From Acidobacteria bacterium RIFCSPLOWO2_12_FULL_67_14b (GTDB lineage: Bacteria; Acidobacteriota; Vicinamibacteria; Vicinamibacterales; UBA2999): 64,000 bases of DNA. Of the stretch, positions 58,155 to 64,000 are shown piece after piece. The stretch covers positions 8,547 through 72,546 of the forward strand of contig MELE01000160.1 of NCBI GenBank assembly GCA_001768615.1, given 5' to 3'. The notes under the pieces are model-generated. The model did not search any database. It was not told the DNA's origin and worked only from the letters and a program-made list of their open reading frames with translations. The position numbers and the translations under genes are program-made. How positions within the stretch are numbered: the stretch's first letter is position 1; every line of letters begins with the position of its first letter.

Positions 58155-58379
58155 ATGTTGAAGGGTTTCTCACACGCTCGTCTCGCCTGCGGGTGCCGGC
58201 TCGCGTTTCGAGAAGGCTCTTCTGGCAGCCCCGTGCTCGTCGTGCTCGAAACCAAGTCCACGGGCTGCGTCAACCCTCGGCACGTGTCAAGCCTGCCGCT
58301 CTACGACTACCGCGAAGCGCTGCGTCCCTCGACCCGTCTCGGCCCTCCCGGCGAGGAAGAGTTCGAGGAAGAGAGTTAG
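58155..58379 (+). CDS. Hypothetical small protein with acidic C-terminal tail
   Basis: 74 aa with four Cys. ATG 9 nt after a TATGAT box. Ordinary composition for this genome. No family recognised. Confidence 0.35.
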   Translation: MLKGFSHARLACGCRLAFREGSSGSPVLVVLETKSTGCVNPRHVSSLPLYDYREALRPSTRLGPPGEEEFEEES

Positions 58380-58427
58380 GCGAGGCTGAAGCCTCGCCCT
58401 CCTGGAGGGCGGCACTTTAGTGCCGCC
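58379..58427. terminator. Two GC-rich tetraloop hairpins between convergent genes
   Basis: GGCGAGGC-TGAA-GCCTCGCC (58379-58398) and GGCGGCAC-TTTA-GTGCCGCC (58408-58427). No U-tract. Confidence 0.45.
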
Positions 58428-58429
58428 AT

Positions 58430-59086
58430 TCATTTCTTGAACGGGTAGAAGCCAAACCCGACGGTGGCGTGAAAACTGCTCGCATTCCAACGGTCGCCGA
58501 TCGAGCCCGCTGCCGCCGTGACGGCGATGTTCGGGCGCGTCAACATGTAGTCGGCCGACGTCCGGATCGTGAGTTTCCGCGTGATGAAGTATTCCAGCGT
58601 GAGTTTCGGCCGGAGCAGAAGTGAGTTGCCGACCCTGAGCGACACAGGCCCGTCGGCGTTGAAGGCCCGCGCCGCGTTGACGTCGAGCCGGCCTGAATTG
58701 AACGCCACGCCGGTCTGCACCGCTGCGCTGGTGGTCAGCTTGCCGAAGTTCCAGCCATAGCCGATCCCGCCCACGATCGCCCACGAACTGAGCGTGGCGA
58801 ATTGCTCGCCGCCCGGTCCATGCAGGTTCTCATTGAAGGTGGTGAGCGCGACAGGGTACTTCCAACCCGGGGTTCGACCGCCGCCGAGTACGACCGAGCC
58901 CCCGAACGACGTGCCCTTCGTGACATCACCGTCGAGCGGCTCGCGAACACTCATGTTCACGTGCACCCCGACCTTGCGGACGATCTTGGTGACGTTGTCC
59001 TTGACGAACTCCGGTTGCGCTTGAGCCGGCGCGGGAGCCATGACGAAACCGATCAACAGAAGGGCGGTGGCCGTGTAGATCCTCAT
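58430..59086 (-). CDS. Small outer-membrane beta-barrel protein
   Basis: ATG at 59086 (MRIYTATALLLIGFVMAPAPAQA signal). Alternating strands and a C-terminal FGFYPFKK. Confidence 0.6.
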   Translation of the reverse strand: MRIYTATALLLIGFVMAPAPAQAQPEFVKDNVTKIVRKVGVHVNMSVREPLDGDVTKGTSFGGSVVLGGGRTPGWKYPVALTTFNENLHGPGGEQFATLSSWAIVGGIGYGWNFGKLTTSAAVQTGVAFNSGRLDVNAARAFNADGPVSLRVGNSLLLRPKLTLEYFITRKLTIRTSADYMLTRPNIAVTAAAGSIGDRWNASSFHATVGFGFYPFKK

Positions 59087-59280
59087 GCCGCCCGACGCTG
59101 CAAGACCCGGGCCTGCGAGTTCTGGCGGAAGAGCACCCGAAATGCCCGGTGGAGGCCCTTTCCGAGCGATGCAGGCCCGTAACACGGTAAGCCGCTTCCT
59201 CAACGAGGGCCGGTTGAGGATGTGCAGAACAGAACACAGCGGCGCCTCGCTGGCGCGGCAAGATGGTCGAGGAGCTGCAC

Positions 59281-59646
59281 ATGAGACGGACACTCTCGCC
59301 TGGCACGCTGGTCCTCCTCGTGGTCGCGCTGGCGTCGGCGGCCTGCGCGTCGGTCACGATCAACAAGGTCCTCGCCGACCCGAGTCGCTATCGCGATCGC
59401 AACGTGACCGTGTCCGGCGAAGTTGCCGACAGTTTTTCGGTGGCCTCGCGCGGCGTCTATCGACTCAAGGACGGTTCCGGGGAACTCTGGGTCGTTTCCG
59501 AGCAGGGCGTGCCGCGCACGGGCGCGCGGGTCGAGGTGACCGGGAGGATTCGCGAGGGCTACAACCTGGGCGAGCTCGGCGGCCGGCTGCCGGCGGGGTT
59601 GGGTACCGGCCTCGTGCTCGTGGAGTCGTCACACCGGGCCAAGTAA
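59281..59646 (+). CDS. Hypothetical lipoprotein
   Basis: Lipobox LASAAC after MRRTLSPGTLVLLVV. Beta-rich domain of about 100 aa. Confidence 0.5.
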   Translation: MRRTLSPGTLVLLVVALASAACASVTINKVLADPSRYRDRNVTVSGEVADSFSVASRGVYRLKDGSGELWVVSEQGVPRTGARVEVTGRIREGYNLGELGGRLPAGLGTGLVLVESSHRAK

Positions 59647-59650
59647 CGGC

Positions 59651-60289
59651 TCAGGGCGCGAGACACTCGATGCGCCAGCCCTTACCGTCCGGCTGGTAGC
59701 GGAACCGGTCGTGAAGACGGTGGGTGCCGCCCTGCCAGAACTCAATCGTGCGGGGCGCCACGCGGAACCCGCCCCAGAACGACGGCACCGGAATCTCGCC
59801 GTCGCCGAACTTCTTCAGCATCTCGTCGAACTTCATTTCGAGCATCTGTCGCGCATCGATCACGCGGCTCTGGGGCGACACCCACGCCGCAACGCGGCTT
59901 TCACGCGGACGCGAGAAGAAATAGCGCGCCACATCGGCCATCGGCAGCCGCGATGCGGTGCCGGCGATCGTCACCTGGCGCTCGAACTCCCGCCAGTAGA
60001 ACAGGAGCGCGACACTCGGGTTCTCGGCAATCTGCTGGCTCTTGGTGCTCTGGAGGTTGGTGAAAAACACGAAGCCGTCCTCGCTGTACGCCTTGAGCAG
60101 CACGGTGCGCAGCGACGGCTCACCCGCCGTGTTGGCCGTGGCCAGGCTCATCGCGTTGGCGTCCACCAGGTGGGCGGAGAGCGCCTCGTCCAGCCATCGT
60201 TTGAACTGCATGAACGGATCGGGATCGAGATCTTCCAGGCGCAGTTGAGCGCGGCCGTAGTCGCGGCGGAGACCGGCGATATCGCTCAC
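59651..60289 (-). CDS. pdxH: Pyridoxamine 5'-phosphate oxidase
   Basis: RTVLLK, FFTN and the C-terminal IEFWQGG..RLHDR..Y signature. Confidence 0.9.
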   Translation of the reverse strand: MSDIAGLRRDYGRAQLRLEDLDPDPFMQFKRWLDEALSAHLVDANAMSLATANTAGEPSLRTVLLKAYSEDGFVFFTNLQSTKSQQIAENPSVALLFYWREFERQVTIAGTASRLPMADVARYFFSRPRESRVAAWVSPQSRVIDARQMLEMKFDEMLKKFGDGEIPVPSFWGGFRVAPRTIEFWQGGTHRLHDRFRYQPDGKGWRIECLAP

Positions 60290-60314
60290 AGGCTCACCTT
60301 TGTGCCCTTGGTGG

Positions 60315-61505
60315 TTATAACTCGCGAAGCGCCGACGGAATCGGCAGCCGCGCGGCGCGAATGGCGGGGAAGAGCCCGCCCACCAGACCCATCAGCAGGG
60401 CATACACCAGGCCCATGACGAGCAACTGCGGCGTGACCTGGAACGCGAACGCGACCTGGCTGAACGTCTGGAAGTTCATGGTCGAGGTCTGATAGCCGTT
60501 GAACGCGAGGTACGCGGCCACCCCGCCCATCACCCCGCCGAGTGCGGCGAGCGCGAGCGACTCGACCAGCACCGACACCACGACCGAGGTCGTGTTGAAC
60601 CCGAGCGCGCGCAAGGTGGCAATCTCACGCGCGCGCGTCGACACCGCTGTGTACATCGTCAGAATGGCGCCGAACACCGCGCCGATGCCCATCAGCGCGG
60701 CGATGCCGTAGCCGACGCCCTGGATCAGCCCGCTGAGCGCGCGCGACTGCGCCGCGTAGTACTCCGTTTCGCGGCGCACCTGCACGTTGACCTGCGGGTT
60801 GGCGAGCAGCCAGTCGCGGAAGGTGTTGAAACTCTCGGACGAGTCCAGCCGCGCGAGCACCGTCTGATAGCTGTTGCCGCGGCGGTAGGCGCCCTGCAGC
60901 ACGCGCGAGTCGCACCAGATCTCGGTCTCGTAGATGCCGCCGTCGGCCTCGAACATGCCGACGACCTTCCACGTGTCCTGACCCGAATGGAGCTCGTTGC
61001 CGACCGTGAGTCCGGCAAACTGCCCGTTGGCGCCGCGTCCGACCACCACCTCGTTGGTGCCGAACTCGAACATGCGGCCCTCGACGATCGTCACTTCGTC
61101 ACGCACGCGCATCACCGTCCGATCGACGCCGCGCATCGGCACGTTCGCCGGCGTGTTCGTCGAGATCTTGGGCAGGTCGATGATGACGAAGAGCTCGGCC
61201 GAGGCCACGGCGGTGTGGCCGTCGCGGCGCAGGCCGGGCGCCTGTTTGATCACATCGACCTCGGCGCCGCCCAGCCCGCTGGTCATTTCGCTGTCGGCGC
61301 CGCTGCGCATCACCAGGGCGCGCGACGTCGACCCCGAGCCGTGCATGGCCGCCGTGAAGCCCGAGGCGATGGAGAGCACCGACACCAGCACGATCACCAC
61401 GCCGGCAATGCCGATGATGGCGACGCCGGACGAGCCGAGGCGCTGCGGGATGGTCCGGAGGTTGAGCGCGGTGACCGCGATGGTCTGGCCGATCCAGTTG
61501 AACAC
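60315..61505 (-). CDS. ABC transporter permease, FtsX/MacB type
   Basis: N-terminal TM segment, large periplasmic domain and a C-terminal FtsX-like three-helix domain (EIATLRALGF). Confidence 0.8.
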   Translation of the reverse strand: MFNWIGQTIAVTALNLRTIPQRLGSSGVAIIGIAGVVIVLVSVLSIASGFTAAMHGSGSTSRALVMRSGADSEMTSGLGGAEVDVIKQAPGLRRDGHTAVASAELFVIIDLPKISTNTPANVPMRGVDRTVMRVRDEVTIVEGRMFEFGTNEVVVGRGANGQFAGLTVGNELHSGQDTWKVVGMFEADGGIYETEIWCDSRVLQGAYRRGNSYQTVLARLDSSESFNTFRDWLLANPQVNVQVRRETEYYAAQSRALSGLIQGVGYGIAALMGIGAVFGAILTMYTAVSTRAREIATLRALGFNTTSVVVSVLVESLALAALGGVMGGVAAYLAFNGYQTSTMNFQTFSQVAFAFQVTPQLLVMGLVYALLMGLVGGLFPAIRAARLPIPSALREL

Positions 61506-61506
61506 G

Positions 61507-62655
61507 TCAGGCCCTCCTCAAGGCGTCGGTGATTTTCAGGTTCATCGCGTTCACCGCGGGCAGCAGGCCCGCCAGCAGGCCAAGGCCGACGATCAGCGCG
61601 GCGCCCGACCAGACGTCGCGCGTCGGCAGCATGAAGATCGGCAGCATGCCGCCTGTCGGATCGCCCTGCCGGACGAACAGCCACGACGCGAGTAGTCCCA
61701 GGCCACCGCCAATCACGGCGACGAGCAGCGATTCGCTCAGCACGAGCACCAGGATCGACGCATTCGAGAAGCCCAGCGTCTTCAGCACGCCCACTTCGCT
61801 GGTGCGTTCCCGCACCGACTGGGCCATCGTGTTCGCGGCCACGAGGATCATCGTGAACAGCACGGCGATGGTGATCGCGATCATGATGGCGCCGATGTCG
61901 CCCATCTGTTTGGCGAAGCCTTCGACGAAGCCCTTCTCGGTCGTGGTCTTGGTTTCGAACGACGAGTTCGCGAACATGGCGTCGAACTTGGCGCCCATCT
62001 CGTGAGCCTGTGACGCGTCGGCGATCTTCACCACGTACCAGCCCACGAGCCCCTCACCCCCGGCACGGTTTTCGTCCAGGTAGTCGTAGCGGAAGAACAA
62101 ATTCGTCTTGTCCACACCCGCCTCGCCGTCGTAGGTCCCGGCGATGTTGAAGTCCCAGACCTGTCCTTGCTTCGGCTGCCAGATGGTGCCGATGATCGGG
62201 ATGCGATCCCCGACCTTCCAGTTGAATCGCTTCGCCAGGTCCACCCCCACGATCACCCCCTGGCGATCCGCCTTCCACGCCGCCACCTGATCCGGCGCCA
62301 CTTTGAACTCGGGATAGAGCGCCAGGAACGGTTCCGGATCCACGGCCATCTGCGCGAAGAAGTTCGAGGGGTCCTGGTAGACGCCGCCAAACCAGGTCTG
62401 ATGCGTGGCCAGCTTGACGCCGTCCATGGTGCTGAGCCGGCCGAGGTACGACACCGGCAGCGGCATGATCAGGCTGACCTTGTGAATCAGGATCAGGCGA
62501 TCCAGCCCGGCGATGTCGACGCCGAAGGTGAACGCCGTGCGGATCGTCATCAGCAATCCGAAGAGCAGGAACGCGACGAAGATCGACGCCAGCGTGAAGA
62601 TCGTCCGGATCTTCTTGCGCCAGAGGCTGCTCCAGAGCAGGGGCAGGAACTTCAT
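61507..62655 (-). CDS. ABC transporter permease, FtsX/MacB type (paralog)
   Basis: Same architecture as the neighbouring permease (EVGVLKTLGF). Confidence 0.8.
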   Translation of the reverse strand: MKFLPLLWSSLWRKKIRTIFTLASIFVAFLLFGLLMTIRTAFTFGVDIAGLDRLILIHKVSLIMPLPVSYLGRLSTMDGVKLATHQTWFGGVYQDPSNFFAQMAVDPEPFLALYPEFKVAPDQVAAWKADRQGVIVGVDLAKRFNWKVGDRIPIIGTIWQPKQGQVWDFNIAGTYDGEAGVDKTNLFFRYDYLDENRAGGEGLVGWYVVKIADASQAHEMGAKFDAMFANSSFETKTTTEKGFVEGFAKQMGDIGAIMIAITIAVLFTMILVAANTMAQSVRERTSEVGVLKTLGFSNASILVLVLSESLLVAVIGGGLGLLASWLFVRQGDPTGGMLPIFMLPTRDVWSGAALIVGLGLLAGLLPAVNAMNLKITDALRRA

Positions 62656-63341
62656 GCGGGCACCCCTTCCGCCGTGAGCACGCCCTTCTCCAGGTGCAGC
62701 GTCCGCTTGGCGCGCTCGGCCGCGCGCGGGTCGTGCGTCACCATCACGATGGTCTTGCCGTGGTCACGATTGAGCGCCTGCAGCAGGTCGAGGATTTCGT
62801 CGCCCGACTTCCGATCGAGGTCACCGGTGGGCTCGTCGCAGAGCAGCAGCGTCGGGTCGGTGACGATCGCCCGCGCAATGCCGACGCGCTGCTCCTGGCC
62901 GCCCGACAGCTGCCGCGGGTAGTGCTTGGCGCGGTCGGAGAGGCCGACGACCTTGAGCGCGATGGCCACGCGCTTCTTGCGCTCGGCCTTCGACAGCTTT
63001 GTCAGCAGCAGCGGCAGATCGACGTTGCGCTCGGCGGTGAGCACCGGCAGCAGGTTATAGAGCTGGAAGACGAAGCCGATGTTGTTGGAGCGCCACTTCG
63101 ACAACTGGCCGCCCGAGAGGTCGACAATGTCCGTGCCGCCGACCTCGATTGAACCGCTCGACGGCTGGTCGAGGCCGCCCATTACGTTGAGCAGCGTCGT
63201 CTTGCCCGACCCCGACGGCCCCATCAGCGCGAGGAAGTCGCCCTTCGGTATGTCCAGGTTCACGCCCTTCAGCACGTCGATCTTCTCGCTGCCGCGGGTG
63301 AAATACTTGTGCACGCCGTTGATCTTGACGAGTGATTCCAT
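62652..63341 (-). CDS. ABC transporter ATP-binding protein (MacB/LolD-like)
   Basis: Walker A (GPSGSGKTT), signature (LSGGQEQR) and Walker B (LLLCDEPTGDLD). Confidence 0.9.
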   Translation of the reverse strand: MESLVKINGVHKYFTRGSEKIDVLKGVNLDIPKGDFLALMGPSGSGKTTLLNVMGGLDQPSSGSIEVGGTDIVDLSGGQLSKWRSNNIGFVFQLYNLLPVLTAERNVDLPLLLTKLSKAERKKRVAIALKVVGLSDRAKHYPRQLSGGQEQRVGIARAIVTDPTLLLCDEPTGDLDRKSGDEILDLLQALNRDHGKTIVMVTHDPRAAERAKRTLHLEKGVLTAEGVPA

Positions 63342-63367
63342 GAACGGTCGACTCCTGCCTCTTCTGC

Positions 63368-63387
63368 GGCGGGACCAAAGTCCCGCC
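63368..63387. repeat. Hairpin GGCGGGAC-CAAA-GTCCCGCC in the macA-like/ATPase intercistronic gap
   Basis: Perfect 8-bp stem directly after the adaptor gene stop. Confidence 0.8.
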
Positions 63388-64000
63388 CTACTTGATCACT
63401 ATCGGCTTGCCCTCGGCCAACTCCGGCGGCGGCGCGACCACGACCCGATCGCCGCCCTTGAGGCCGGCGGTCACCTCCAGGCGGTCGCCGTCGATGCCGC
63501 CGGTCCGGATGGCGCGGCGCTCGACCGTCTGGTCCCGCACGACGAACACATAGCTGGCGTTGTTCTCGGTCCGCACGGCCGCGGCCGGCACCAGCGTCAT
63601 CGGCTGGGGCACCACCGCCTCGGCCGCGTCGGCCTCGCGGAGGAACGTCACCTTCACGCCCATGTCGGGCAGGATCCGCGGATCGAGCGCGTTGAACCCG
63701 ATCCGCACGAGCACCGTGGCCTTCTGCCGATCCGCGGTCGGCACCACGGCGATCACCTTTGCCGGGATCTGGAAGTCCGGATACGCGTCGAGCACGGCCG
63801 TCACGGGCTGCCCGGCGCGCACGCGGTTGATGTAGCTCTCGTTGACGTCCACCTCGATCTCGAGGGAGCGCATGTCGACGATCGTGCTGATGCCGGTGCG
63901 CGTGAAACCGCCGCCCGCCGACACGGGGGACACCATCTCGCCGGGCTGCGCGTCCTTCGAGATGGCGATGCCGCTGAACGGCGCGCGAATCACCATGTCG
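63388..64000 (-). CDS. Periplasmic adaptor subunit (MacA/HlyD family), 5'-truncated by the window edge
   Basis: C-terminal beta-barrel and membrane-proximal region typical of adaptors (V..V..A..Q...). The ORF runs off the window. Confidence 0.75.
   Translation of the reverse strand, partial: DMVIRAPFSGIAISKDAQPGEMVSPVSAGGGFTRTGISTIVDMRSLEIEVDVNESYINRVRAGQPVTAVLDAYPDFQIPAKVIAVVPTADRQKATVLVRIGFNALDPRILPDMGVKVTFLREADAAEAVVPQPMTLVPAAAVRTENNASYVFVVRDQTVERRAIRTGGIDGDRLEVTAGLKGGDRVVVAPPPELAEGKPIVIK

Overview
High-GC (visibly about two-thirds G+C) chromosomal segment. The gene content (DUF1592/DUF1552 pair, PadR operons, TPR Ser/Thr kinase, MacB-type ABC exporter, stand-alone four-helix-bundle gene) suggests Acidobacteriota or a related soil phylum; that is inference only. 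I support about 59 protein-coding genes. They include a complete pyruvate dehydrogenase operon (aceE-aceF-lpdA), lipA, pdxH, boxC-boxB (aerobic benzoyl-CoA pathway), and an ABC-transporter-dependent glycan cluster (methyltransferase-wzm-wzt-3 GTs plus a divergent GT-C/GT2 pair). There is also a sigma-54 two-component locus surrounded by three cupredoxin-type proteins and two outer-membrane beta-barrels, a membrane protein-AAA+-vWA-LonN-S1 operon, a DUF1592/DUF1552/ankyrin cluster, a PadR operon and a MacAB-like exporter. I found no rRNA, tRNA, CRISPR array, transposase, integrase or phage genes. The most unusual content is non-coding and falls into three classes. (1) At least 12 tandem arrays with a 7-8 bp period sit at gene termini and sometimes run into coding termini or a coding loop. 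(2) GC-rich 8-bp-stem/tetraloop REP-like hairpins occur throughout, two of them in frame inside lpdA and the vWA gene. (3) A roughly 140-230 bp imperfect-palindrome element occurs three times. A stand-alone Avd-like four-helix-bundle gene is bracketed by inverted GATC-rich arrays. No canonical defence or mobile system is evident. The best candidates for uncharacterised systems are the array-flanked four-helix-bundle cassette, the sigma-54/cupredoxin/beta-barrel locus and the AAA+-vWA-LonN operon. All family assignments come from reading the translations and motifs and from memory of those families; no searches were run. Many long ORFs in the six-frame track are high-GC shadow ORFs and were discarded.
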